Shown piece after piece: positions 18,401 to 28,479 of a stretch of DNA of 32,000 nt. The stretch is taken from assembly GCA_965224465.1 (NCBI GenBank), contig OZ245049.1, positions 1,740,001 to 1,772,000 on the forward strand, read 5' to 3'. Below the pieces are notes generated by a model. That model was given only the letters and a program-made list of their open reading frames with translations, searched no databases and was not told the DNA's origin. The stretch's first letter is position 1; each line of letters starts with the position of its first letter. The position numbers were made by a program, and so were the translations under genes. The DNA comes from Flavobacteriaceae bacterium. GTDB taxonomy: Bacteria > Bacteroidota > Bacteroidia > Flavobacteriales > Flavobacteriaceae.

Positions 18401-18609
18401 GACGCTTTACATTTAACTTTTTTGCTGTTTTAGGTTTTGCATCTGTTATGATGACTTATTTTGGCGTAAACTTTTATCTATCAGGGCTCCACTCTTATGC
18501 AAGTGGCAGTCAAGCCATCACTCCTAATTTTGTCTATTATTCAATGGCAATATTTACAGTGATTGCCATTTTGGCCTATTTAAAATTTAAAAAATATTAT
18601 AAAAAATAA
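15484..18609 (+). CDS. ccsBA: Fused system II cytochrome c biogenesis protein CcsBA (ResB-like N-half, CcsA heme-handling C-half)
   Basis: 1041 aa. It has an N-terminal ResB-like membrane/periplasmic region. The C-terminal polytopic region carries the WWD motif WGRYWGWDPKETWAL and flanking His residues. Confidence 0.9.
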   Translation: MNKILNQLFSTRLMAVLFLVFAIAMGVATFIENDYGTETARALVYSAWWFELIMVFMALNFFGNIFKYKLYKKGKWVVLAFHLSFVLIIIGAGITRYISFEGIMPIKEGQTASAFLSEKTYIGITVDDGTDQKTPHYDKILLSSIGTNNYKYSSDFKGKDFAVKLKKFVPNFQESFELDQDGDTYLKFVESSSGGRHDHYIKQGTSQSIHGLTVGFDTDVKNAINFKTVDGSLKINTVFDGTYYRMADQYNGIILKDSLQDFSLLSLYKLGNSNFVVPSNAVNGRYIEKSAEDRTRFPAHQLTFDITVGEKTETINVKGAQYTTYAPIQININGLNFRITYGSKQLKLPFSIKLKDFQLEKYPGSTSPMSFASEITVIAPTETFDFRIFMNNILNYRGYKFFQASYEITEQYEETRLSVNHDFWGTLISYIGYFILYGAIVLTLFMRTTRFGSLRTQLRKIKSVKNVGVIAIMLFASTTSFAQNHNAHSMTDQQIDSALNVTMVSKEHAAKFSKLVIQDGGGRMKPIHTFASQLLRKVSKNEEFRGYNASQVFLSITKNPRIWFQVPIIYIKKENTKLREIIGIPKEAKYAPLASFFDDKGGYKLISYQEEAVKKKIKSKFEESVINVDRRLNLLYSAITGRILRIYPLPNNPENKWITQMELRKDSYPADILDKVNKMMPVYLGTLDQAVISNNYEQSDAIIEGIRNFQKKYGAQVIPSDKNIDLEISYNKYDVFKKLYTYYMYIGVLLFFLVIFQIFKENKITHILIKICIAIIIGCFLMHTGGLIARWMISGHAPWSNAYESMIYVGWATMLFGLIFGRKSSLTLGATAFLTSFILMIAHWNWMDPEIANLQPVLNSYWLMVHVAIIVASYGPLALGMILGLISLILMILTTENNKKRVGLMIKELTIITEMTLTVGLILLAIGNFLGGQWANESWGRYWGWDPKETWALITIMIYAFILHLRLVPGLRGRFTFNFFAVLGFASVMMTYFGVNFYLSGLHSYASGSQAITPNFVYYSMAIFTVIAILAYLKFKKYYKK

Positions 18610-18664
18610 AGAGTTGCTCTTAATATGCAGTAACTTTACACTTTTAAAAAAATAAAATTAAACT

Positions 18665-19180
18665 ATGTTTAACAAGTATATAAAATTAGTAATCGCAGGG
18701 GGAATTAGTATTTGGGCGATCTTTCAATTTATTGATGGAAATATCATGAATGGAATTTCTATTCTATTTTTAGCGGGAATTTTTGTATTCTTCTATTTCA
18801 AAAACGAATTCATTTTACTCTCCTTTTTACAATTGAGAAAACAAAACTTTGAAGGTGCTGGAAAATGGCTTTCATATATAAAAAATCCAAGCAGTGCTTT
18901 GATTCAAAAACAAGAAGGATATTTTAACTTTTTACATGGAATTTTGGTGTCTCAAACCAACATGACCAAAGCAGAAAAATTCTTTAAAAAAGCATTGAAA
19001 CTAGGTTTATCTATGCAACATGATGAAGCCATGGCAAAACTACAATTAGGAGGTATTGCGATGACCAAACGCCGTAAAAGAGAAGCTACAATGCTGATTA
19101 ATGAAGCTAAAAAATTAGACACACAAAAAGTATTGGCAGATCAAATTAAAATGATGAAAAACCAATTAAAGAAGATTTAG
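18665..19180 (+). CDS. Hypothetical membrane protein (two N-terminal TM helices plus helical, TPR-like C-terminal domain)
   Basis: 171 aa. It has the hydrophobic segments VIAGGISIWAIFQF and ISILFLAGIFVFFYF, then an amphipathic Lys/Ala-rich region. It lies 55 nt downstream of ccsBA and is followed by a strong terminator. Confidence 0.6.
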   Translation: MFNKYIKLVIAGGISIWAIFQFIDGNIMNGISILFLAGIFVFFYFKNEFILLSFLQLRKQNFEGAGKWLSYIKNPSSALIQKQEGYFNFLHGILVSQTNMTKAEKFFKKALKLGLSMQHDEAMAKLQLGGIAMTKRRKREATMLINEAKKLDTQKVLADQIKMMKNQLKKI

Positions 19181-19202
19181 TTTTTCTTTTTACAAATTAT
19201 AA

Positions 19203-19237
19203 AAATGCAATTCAATCCAATGAATTGCATTTTTTTT
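19203..19237 (+). terminator. Rho-independent terminator of the ccsBA / 171-aa gene unit
   Basis: Perfect 12-bp stem aaatgcaattca / tgaattgcattt with a 6-nt loop, followed by a T-run. Confidence 0.8.
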
Positions 19238-19275
19238 GTCCCTTACATTCAAGAAAAAGACCTTCACGCAAAGCC

Positions 19276-19455
19276 TTATACCAACTTAACATTGTAAGGA
19301 TACGACTTCACAAAAACACAATGCGTACCACACCAATTACCACCTAAAATGACCGATATAAACGATTTGTTTTACGTTTTAACATTGTTTAAAAACAGAA
19401 CGATAATTAAGGCTATTCATCCATATTTCAACTTGCTAAAACAAAAATGATCCAG
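19276..19455 (+). repeat. Dispersed element copy A (TTATACCAAC ... AAAATGACCGATATAAA ... GATCCA), carrying a ~55-nt internal insertion relative to copy C
   Basis: It aligns by eye with 28480-28604 over about 120 nt, with many identical blocks (ccgatataaa, tttgttttacgtt, gctanaacaaaaa). The left part also matches 20357-20401. Confidence 0.6.
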
Positions 19456-19472
19456 CAATAAAATCAGAAAAC
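19451..19472 (+). repeat. 22-nt perfect direct repeat, copy 1 (TCCAGCAATAAAATCAGAAAAC)
   Basis: Identical 22-mer to 20135-20156, 684 nt downstream on the same strand. TATATTTG follows 26 nt later (19498-19505). Confidence 0.9.
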
Positions 19473-19924
19473 CACCATCGCATATAACTATTTTATGTAT
19501 ATTTGAAAGACACTTAAAAATAAATGACATCTTAAAAAAAACACGAGAATTTAAGAGGGGGGTGTCCAAATGGAATCGTAAACATTGAATTTACCCTTAT
19601 CTGAAAACAAAATAACGGAATTGAGCAAAAGTTAAATTAAAATTAAATAACATGAAAAAAAAGAAACATTAAAACACTTCTCATAATTATTATCGCTATT
19701 TTTTTAATAATTATAAGTTATCATTTTTTTAAAGGAGCTTCTTCCCCTTTCAATTTAAATTAGGGTAGAATTGAATCCTGAAAATAACAAATTAAACAAA
19801 ACAACGAACTGAACCGTTTAAAGGTTATTAAAGGCATGGGAACAAGAAAAACAATTGCATATAACTTATATATGTATATGAAAGGCGTACGTTTGACAGC
19901 AATAACCTAACCCCACCATTGTAG

Positions 19925-19952
19925 TATTTATATGTTACCCAACATATAAATA
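19925..19952. repeat. Perfect 12-bp AT-rich inverted repeat with 4-nt loop
   Basis: tatttatatgtt (19925-19936) + accc + aacatataaata (19941-19952). Confidence 0.85.
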
Positions 19953-20134
19953 CAGAAATCCCGAGATGTTTTTTTCTGCCTTTGGAAAATTAAAAACACT
20001 AATCAAGATTAAATGAAACTAACAGCAATAGAACTCTATACTAAACTCGTAACTGAGAGTAATTTTATCGGTCAAAAAGGGGAAATTACATTTGAATTCA
20101 GCAATGAATATAAGAACTAGACAGTTGAAAATAT

Positions 20135-20156
20135 TCCAGCAATAAAATCAGAAAAC
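20135..20156 (+). repeat. 22-nt perfect direct repeat, copy 2 (TCCAGCAATAAAATCAGAAAAC)
   Basis: Identical to 19451-19472. TATGTTTG follows 39 nt later (20195-20202). Confidence 0.9.
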
Positions 20157-20243
20157 AACCTCTACCAAGCATTATGGGTAAGTAAATATACCGTTATGTT
20201 TGAAACTACGAGATCACTAAAAAAACTGATTACAAGAAACAAT

Positions 20244-20269
20244 AAATGCAACCCAAAAGGATTGCATTT
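20244..20269 (-). terminator. Hairpin likely terminating the guaA-LysM transcript (bidirectional in form)
   Basis: aaatgcaacc / ggattgcattt forms a 10-bp stem with one bulged A and a 5-nt loop. Flanks are T-rich on both strands. It lies 157 nt after the LysM gene stop. Confidence 0.5.
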
Positions 20270-20356
20270 ATAAACTTTTTATTCAACAAGCGCGTCCCAA
20301 GGGTACGTGGTATGCTTCCGAAACACTCTTTTCTATTTCAAGCTGATCTTCGAAAT

Positions 20357-20401
20357 TTATACCAACATCCAAAATTAGCGATATAAATGTATTTGGTATA
20401 A
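20357..20401 (+). repeat. Dispersed element copy B (short), with internal 9-bp inverted repeat
   Basis: ttataccaacatccaaaattagcgatataaatgtatttggtataa. The arms ttataccaa (20357-20365) and ttggtataa (20393-20401) are reverse complements. The core matches copies A and C. Confidence 0.5.
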
Positions 20402-20425
20402 GCCCTAGACAAGAGATTAAAAAAA

Positions 20426-22348
20426 TTAATGCACTATATGTGGTTTCAATTCTTTATTAAATTGAATAATATTAATTCCTTTGTTTTCAAAACCGCTTAA
20501 GAATCGTTTGGAGTAATCAAAAGAGGTACTTAAACGAGAAGATTTACCGGCTCTTAAACCTTCTGCCATATTCTTAGAACATGCCAATCGCATTAACACA
20601 TCGTACGTAATATCAAAACCACGCATTGCATATTTAGAAGGTTTTTCATGATTTTTACGTTGATACTTTCGTATAAAAGCTTTGGTATCATCCGTAACTA
20701 TATCCATATACTCATCTGCGGCAAAGGTAAAAGACAACTTACCGAGTGCATTATTATCTACATCATCAAACCCTTTGTTCTTAGAAACTGCAAATAAACG
20801 AACTCTTGGTTCCTTATCTTTATCTTTTATAGGTATAGCTGCAACTGTATTTACAGCATCTCCTAAAGTTAAATATTGATTCCCTAGCAAAATAATCCAA
20901 TTATTTTTATCCTTTGAAACACGTCTTAAGATCTTACTTTTCTTAATATAGCCTTCTTTTTCTGGACGGACAACAGTAACAGCACCTACACTATCCATGG
21001 TTTTTAATTCTTTTACAAACCTCCAAATAGCACTTTGCGTATTAGAAGAATTATCACCAATAACAATCAAATTTTCACCTTTATAGTGTTTTTTGATATA
21101 CGAAATTAGTGCATCCTCTAGTCTAATTTTACTTGGTGCAGCTTTAATTAAATTAGATGCATGCAACGTTTTTTGATACTTTACAGAATACATAGGGGCA
21201 ACAACAGGTACTTTCACTCTTTTTGCCAAACTATAAGCATTTGACAAAAACAAAGGACCAATCACAACATCTGTACTATCAAAACTATGCTGACTCGCTA
21301 TTCTCTTAATTTTTGAAGTTGAATTTTCTGTATCAAACACTGTTAAATTAACAAAAATCCCTTTCTTCCGTAAGGAGTCTATTGCAATCTGAGCGCCCAT
21401 ATAATAATCAGTAGCTATGTTTAATATTTTACTAGACTTAGATTTCCCATTAAAAGACAGACCTGCATCCAAATTAAAAGGCAACATCAACGCAACATTC
21501 AGGTGCGTTTTTTTTATCACAGCTTCATTTAAGTACATACCTGTTACTTCTGACAGCGACCTAATCTTAAGTTCCATCCCCAATTTTAAGCCTTCATTTA
21601 AAGAAGGATTTAAAATTAACAGTTGATCTTTACTAACAGAGTAACGCTGTTTTAGATTAAAGAACGTGTCCCCTTTCGCTACCGTATGTAGTAAAAATTT
21701 AGATGCAACGTCCAAATCTAATTGTGTATCCTCCTTATTTTTCTCACCAACAATAATTTGTTCTCCTATCTTAACACCCTCTTTTAATATCGGATTTAAA
21801 GAAATAAGTTCTTCTTTTGAAAGTCCAAATCGTTGTTTTAAATTAAAAAAATTATCATCCTTAACAATTGTATACAGCACATATACATCCGCATCAAAGG
21901 GCGTATTTGTTACCGTACTACCATCCTCTGGAAGTACTGATTTTTTAATATACTTAATTGCCTGTCCAATTTTCAAGCCATCTTTCAAGTAAACATTCAG
22001 TCGTAACAATTCACGTTCCGAATTATTATATTTTTTTCCAATTGCATACAAAGTCTCCTTAGGTTTTGAAATATGATATCCAAAATTAACATTTGGAGCA
22101 ATCACTGCAGATCCTTTGTTATAGTTCAAATTAGGGACAATAATTACTGTGTTCATCACAGGTTTACGTCCCACATCGGGATTGAGTCTTTTTAGGTCTC
22201 GTTTTTTAATCTTAAATTTTTTCGCAACACTTTTCATCGTTTCCCCTTGCTGAATGGTATAGGAAACGTACTTTTTTTCTTGAGCAACTAGCACCACAGA
22301 AAAAAGCATAAAAACGATTACAAAAAACGATAGTTTTATTTTTAACAT
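20426..22348 (-). CDS. LysM-repeat protein fused to a periplasmic-binding-protein-like domain
   Basis: It has a signal peptide and four LysM-like repeats (YTIQQGETMKSVAKKF, YHISKPKETLYAIGKKY, YTIVKDDNFFNLKQRF, HTVAKGDTFFNLKQRY). The C-terminal half is type-1 PBP-like. It starts 16 nt after guaA. Confidence 0.82.
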   Translation of the reverse strand: MLKIKLSFFVIVFMLFSVVLVAQEKKYVSYTIQQGETMKSVAKKFKIKKRDLKRLNPDVGRKPVMNTVIIVPNLNYNKGSAVIAPNVNFGYHISKPKETLYAIGKKYNNSERELLRLNVYLKDGLKIGQAIKYIKKSVLPEDGSTVTNTPFDADVYVLYTIVKDDNFFNLKQRFGLSKEELISLNPILKEGVKIGEQIIVGEKNKEDTQLDLDVASKFLLHTVAKGDTFFNLKQRYSVSKDQLLILNPSLNEGLKLGMELKIRSLSEVTGMYLNEAVIKKTHLNVALMLPFNLDAGLSFNGKSKSSKILNIATDYYMGAQIAIDSLRKKGIFVNLTVFDTENSTSKIKRIASQHSFDSTDVVIGPLFLSNAYSLAKRVKVPVVAPMYSVKYQKTLHASNLIKAAPSKIRLEDALISYIKKHYKGENLIVIGDNSSNTQSAIWRFVKELKTMDSVGAVTVVRPEKEGYIKKSKILRRVSKDKNNWIILLGNQYLTLGDAVNTVAAIPIKDKDKEPRVRLFAVSKNKGFDDVDNNALGKLSFTFAADEYMDIVTDDTKAFIRKYQRKNHEKPSKYAMRGFDITYDVLMRLACSKNMAEGLRAGKSSRLSTSFDYSKRFLSGFENKGINIIQFNKELKPHIVH

Positions 22349-22364
22349 ATAAATTGCTATTTAT

Positions 22365-23897
22365 TTATTCCCACTCTATTGTTGCAGGCGGTTTAGAACT
22401 AATATCATACACTACTCTATTAACGCCTTTAACGTTATTTATTATCTTATTTGAGATTTTTTGTAAAAACTCATAAGGTAAATTCACCCAATCGGCAGTC
22501 ATTCCATCTGTAGATTCCACTGCTCTTAAGGCAACCACCTTTTCATAGGTACGCTCATCCCCCATAACTCCAACAGAGTTTACTGGCAATAACATAGCGC
22601 CTGCTTGCCACACTTTATCGTACAAACCATCTTCTCTTAAGCCATTGATAAAAATAGCATCTACTTCTTGTAAAATACGTACTTTCTCTGGTGTAATATC
22701 ACCTAAAATACGAATTGCCAATCCTGGCCCAGGAAATGGATGACGTCCTAATAACTCGGCATCAATTCCTAATGATTTTCCAACCCTACGTACTTCATCT
22801 TTAAAAATCATACGCAATGGCTCTACAATTTTCAACTTCATAAAATCAGGCAATCCACCTACATTATGATGCGACTTAATGGTTGCAGAAGGGCCACCTG
22901 TTACAGAAATAGATTCAATAACATCTGGATAAATAGTTCCTTGTGCCAACCACTTTACGTTTTCTATCAAATGTGATTCATCATCAAAAACCTCAATAAA
23001 AATACGTCCAATAATCTTTCGTTTTTTCTCTGGGTCTCCTTCACCTGCCAATTCATCCAAAAAACGTGCCGAAGCATCTACACCTTTAACATTTAAGCCC
23101 ATTCCTTCGTACTGTTTCAATACGCTTTCAAACTCATTTTTACGTAACAATCCATTGTTTACAAACACACAGTGTAAGTTTTCACCAATAGCTTTATCAA
23201 GTAAAACTGCTGCTACGGTAGAATCCACACCTCCAGAAAGTCCTAAAATCACTTTATCGGTACCTACTTTTGCTTTAATGGCAGCTATTGTTTCATCAAC
23301 AAAAGAATCTGGAGTCCAGTCTTGTTGAACTTTTGCAATTCCTACTAAAAAGTTTTCTAATAATTTTGTTCCATCAGTAGAGTGAAAAACCTCTGGATGA
23401 AATTGAATGGCATATGTTTGCTCTCCTTCTATTTGATACGCTGCATTTTTAACATCATGAGTACTTGCGATTAACTTGTACTCCTCAGGCATTTCTACAA
23501 TTGTGTCACTATGGCTCATCCATACTTGACTTCCTTCGTTGATTCCTTTAAACAAGTCACTTGATTTATCAATATAAGATAAATTAGCTCTACCGTATTC
23601 TCTTGTATTTGAAGCCCCTACTTTTCCGCCAAAAAAGTGAACCAAATATTGAGCGCCATAACAAACTCCCAGCAATGGTTTTTTCCCTTTTATATGTGAC
23701 AAATCAGGTTGGGGAGCATCGGCACCTCTAACTGAATAAGGGCTTCCCGATAAAATCACCGCATTGTAATCATCTACATCAAACTTTTTACTATTAAAAG
23801 GATGTATTTCGCAATAGATATTGAGTTCTCTAACTCTTCGCGCGATTAACTGCGTAAATTGCGATCCGAAATCTAAAATAAGTACTTTGTGTTGCAT
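22365..23897 (-). CDS. guaA: GMP synthase (glutamine-hydrolysing)
   Basis: The full-length GuaA translation contains [18 protein letters not shown], the SGGVDS PP-loop and a C-terminal ATIEWE. The start is set to the ATG at 23897 ([11 protein letters not shown]) rather than the TTG at 23903 used by the ORF track. Confidence 0.95.
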   Translation of the reverse strand: MQHKVLILDFGSQFTQLIARRVRELNIYCEIHPFNSKKFDVDDYNAVILSGSPYSVRGADAPQPDLSHIKGKKPLLGVCYGAQYLVHFFGGKVGASNTREYGRANLSYIDKSSDLFKGINEGSQVWMSHSDTIVEMPEEYKLIASTHDVKNAAYQIEGEQTYAIQFHPEVFHSTDGTKLLENFLVGIAKVQQDWTPDSFVDETIAAIKAKVGTDKVILGLSGGVDSTVAAVLLDKAIGENLHCVFVNNGLLRKNEFESVLKQYEGMGLNVKGVDASARFLDELAGEGDPEKKRKIIGRIFIEVFDDESHLIENVKWLAQGTIYPDVIESISVTGGPSATIKSHHNVGGLPDFMKLKIVEPLRMIFKDEVRRVGKSLGIDAELLGRHPFPGPGLAIRILGDITPEKVRILQEVDAIFINGLREDGLYDKVWQAGAMLLPVNSVGVMGDERTYEKVVALRAVESTDGMTADWVNLPYEFLQKISNKIINNVKGVNRVVYDISSKPPATIEWE

Positions 23898-24102
23898 GCG
23901 CAAAAATAATACTAAAATTTTTACGAGCTTATTATTTATTGATTTTTTTTATGATGATTATCATAGCGGTAAACACAGACAGGGTTTTACGCAGAATCTA
24001 TCACTTTAACAGTAAAAAAAACATCGATTTAAACAACTATTTATATTTTATTAAAATTCACACACAATTTTACAATACTAATGTCACCAAAAACGATTTT
24101 AA

Positions 24103-26157
<2,055 letters not shown>

Positions 26158-26180
26158 AATAATTATAAAACAGTAGTATT

Positions 26181-26213
26181 AAAAACGTTTCATCTCGAAA
26201 CGTTTTTTTTTTT
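26181..26213 (+). terminator. Rho-independent terminator of gyrB
   Basis: The stem aaaaacgtttc / gaaacgttttt has a 5-nt loop, followed by a T-run of about 10. Confidence 0.85.
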
Positions 26214-26284
26214 ACTAATCCCTTTAACAAAACATGCATACACAAAAAAAAAAAATGCTGTTTTTGAAACCTAAATCAATTATC

Positions 26285-27310
26285 ATGAAAAAATTATCCC
26301 TGATTACCTTTTTATTTTTGGTATCAATATCTGTAAAATCCCAAGATTTAAATCTATTGTTATTAGCAAAAGATGATGCCAGTAAATTAATGACAAATTA
26401 CATGACCCCTGTAATGGAAGGTATGCTATTCAGTTTAAACAATGGTTGGTATCATACAGCCAAAACCCATAAAAAATTAGGATTTGACATCACTATAAAT
26501 GTAAATGCAGCGATTGTCCCTACAAGTTCCAAGTCTTTTATTTTTAACCCAGATGATTACAAATATTTAAAACTTAAAAATGGGACAGGAACTACCCAAA
26601 TGGAAACAATTATGGGAGATGACAACTCTCAAGAAATAGAAGTACGAATTGCAGAATCTGGTAAAGATGTAAAAATAGCAAATTTCACATTACCAAACGG
26701 AATCACAAAGGATCTACCTATAAATGCTGTTCCGTCACCTATGGTTCAGCTGGGTGTTGGACTGCCTTTTAAAACCGATATAAAACTACGTTTACTACCA
26801 AGCATCAATACAGATGATGTAGATGGGTCTATGTTCGGAATTGGAATACAACATGATATTATGCAATACTTCGGTCCTTTAGACAAATTACCTTTAAATG
26901 TTTCGGTACTTGGAGGATTCACAAAAATGAATATCAATTATGACATCCAAAACAATAGTGATATGCCAGGGAAAAATCAAAAAGCAAGCTTTCAATTAAA
27001 AGCGTATACAGTACAAGCCATTGCCTCTTTAAATTTCCCTATAATCTCTGTATATGGAGGTCTTGGATACGACTTTGGAAAAACAAGTTTAAAACTCAAA
27101 GGAGATTACGAACTTAAATACACCATAGAAGGAACAAACAACACCTTAACGGAACAAGTTACCGACCCTATTAATTTGGATTTTAAGGCAAATAGTTTTA
27201 GAACTACCATCGGTGCAAGGTTAAGTTTAGCTTTCTTTAAAATATACGCTGATTATTCCATAAAGAAGTACAATACTATTTCTACAGGGATTGCCTTTAG
27301 TTTTAGATAA
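26285..27310 (+). CDS. Hypothetical secreted protein, probable outer-membrane beta-barrel
   Basis: The signal peptide is MKKLSLITFLFLVSISVKSQ. The body shows alternating hydrophobic/polar beta-strand periodicity. The C-terminus GIAFSFR ends with an aromatic-X motif typical of OMPs. The start is set to the ATG at 26285. Confidence 0.6.
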   Translation: MKKLSLITFLFLVSISVKSQDLNLLLLAKDDASKLMTNYMTPVMEGMLFSLNNGWYHTAKTHKKLGFDITINVNAAIVPTSSKSFIFNPDDYKYLKLKNGTGTTQMETIMGDDNSQEIEVRIAESGKDVKIANFTLPNGITKDLPINAVPSPMVQLGVGLPFKTDIKLRLLPSINTDDVDGSMFGIGIQHDIMQYFGPLDKLPLNVSVLGGFTKMNINYDIQNNSDMPGKNQKASFQLKAYTVQAIASLNFPIISVYGGLGYDFGKTSLKLKGDYELKYTIEGTNNTLTEQVTDPINLDFKANSFRTTIGARLSLAFFKIYADYSIKKYNTISTGIAFSFR

Positions 27311-27446
27311 ATCGTAAGAAAAGAAGAGACAAATTACGAATCTTTAATTTATAAAACGAATTCGTGTAAATTTTTAGTTGAATCCTATTTCTATCTCAAA
27401 AAGGAGTATATTTACTCATTAATAAAAACTAAAAACACAACATAAA

Positions 27447-28370
27447 ATGAAAGTAACTATAGTAGGTGCTGGAGCAGTAGGTGCAAGTTGCGCTGAGTAC
27501 ATCGCCATTAAAGATTTTGCTGCAGAAGTAGTATTAATTGACATCAAAGAAGGATTCGCAGAAGGAAAAGCAATGGATCTTATGCAAACCTCCTCTTTGA
27601 ATGGTTTTGATACAAAAATAACAGGAGTAACAAATGATTATGCTAAAACAGCAGGTACGGATGTTGCTGTAATTACTAGTGGAATCCCTAGAAAACCAGG
27701 AATGACTCGCGAAGAATTGATTGGTATTAACGCAGGGATTGTAAAATCTGTAGCGAGTAGCATCATCGAGCATTCTCCTGAAGCTATCATTATTGTGGTG
27801 AGTAATCCTATGGATACAATGGCTTATTTAGCTCACAAATCTTTAGGACTCCCTAAAAACAAAATTATTGGAATGGGTGGAGCTTTAGACAGTGCTCGTT
27901 TTAAATACCGTTTGGCTGAAGCTTTAGGCTGTCCTACTTCTGAAGTAGACGGAATGGTAATTGGTGGTCACAGTGATGTAGGTATGGTACCATTAATTAA
28001 CAATGCTGTTAGAAATAGCATTCCTGTTTCTGAATTCTTATCGGAAGAAAGAATGGCACAGGTAGTTGAAGACACCAAAGTTGGAGGTGCAACCTTGACA
28101 AAATTATTAGGAACTAGTGCTTGGTATGCTCCAGGTGCAGCTGTTTCTGAGATGGTAAAAGCAATTGCTTTAGACACTAAAAAAATGTTCCCATGTTCTG
28201 CTTTACTAGAAGGAGAATACGGATTAAACGACATTTCTATCGGAGTTCCTTGTATTTTAGGTAAAGACGGTATCGAAAAAATCGTAGAAGTTAAATTATC
28301 TGCAGAAGAAGCAGCTAAATTAAAAACAAGTGCAGAAGGTGTTAAGAAAACCAATGCATTATTGAATTAA
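27447..28370 (+). CDS. mdh: Malate dehydrogenase (LDH-like MDH family)
   Basis: MKVTIVGAGAVGASCA Rossmann start, GIPRKPGMTREEL and SNPMD motifs; 307 aa. Confidence 0.94.
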   Translation: MKVTIVGAGAVGASCAEYIAIKDFAAEVVLIDIKEGFAEGKAMDLMQTSSLNGFDTKITGVTNDYAKTAGTDVAVITSGIPRKPGMTREELIGINAGIVKSVASSIIEHSPEAIIIVVSNPMDTMAYLAHKSLGLPKNKIIGMGGALDSARFKYRLAEALGCPTSEVDGMVIGGHSDVGMVPLINNAVRNSIPVSEFLSEERMAQVVEDTKVGGATLTKLLGTSAWYAPGAAVSEMVKAIALDTKKMFPCSALLEGEYGLNDISIGVPCILGKDGIEKIVEVKLSAEEAAKLKTSAEGVKKTNALLN

Positions 28371-28434
28371 GAAATAGCTATTCGTAGTGAGATATGTATC
28401 TTGTATCTATTTCATGAAAAAAATCTATTAAAAA

Positions 28435-28459
28435 ATCCCGCTTTGGCGGGATTTTTTTT
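28435..28459 (+). terminator. Rho-independent terminator of mdh (bidirectional form; may also serve convergent fhs)
   Basis: The stem atcccgc / gcgggat has loop tttg. It is flanked by an A-run upstream and a T-run downstream. Confidence 0.85.
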
Positions 28460-28479
28460 AATTAAACTTTATCGTTTAC

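Noticed and set aside
19476-19506. A dif/Xer-like recombination site. ATCGCATATAACTATTTTATGTATATT loosely resembles GCGCATAA-TGTATA-TTATGTTAAAT, and a second similar copy lies at 19853-19885.
   Set aside because: The alignment needs a shifted or shortened central region, and the left arm matches poorly. A genuine dif should be unique. The resemblance may just reflect AT-rich TATA/ATGT composition. It would be worth testing only if a dif model for Bacteroidota is available.
19524-19604. Double-glycine bacteriocin-like peptide. The frame reads MTS-stop-KKHENLRGGCPNGIVNIEFTLI.
   Set aside because: An in-frame TAA follows the third codon, with no alternative start after it. The leader lacks the usual conserved hydrophobic/acidic pattern. 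No processing or export genes lie nearby. It is most likely chance.
19451-20156. CRISPR array, suggested by the repeated 22-mer.
   Set aside because: There are only two perfect copies, 684 nt apart, plus degenerate relatives at irregular spacing. The repeat is not palindromic and no cas genes lie in the window.
19181-20425. Chromosomal replication origin (oriC) in the AT-rich ORF-free gap, suggested by gyrB lying nearby.
   Set aside because: I found no cluster of DnaA boxes. No site in the gap is within two mismatches of TTATCCACA or its complement. The only near-match in the window is a single ATATCCACA at 15262-15270, in another intergenic region.
23901-23908. A leaderless guaA mRNA, because TATTTTTG (minus strand) lies only 4 nt upstream of the ATG at 23897.
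   Set aside because: It is a single A/T-rich octamer match in an AT-rich region and could be coincidental. Without TSS data I do not consider it supported.
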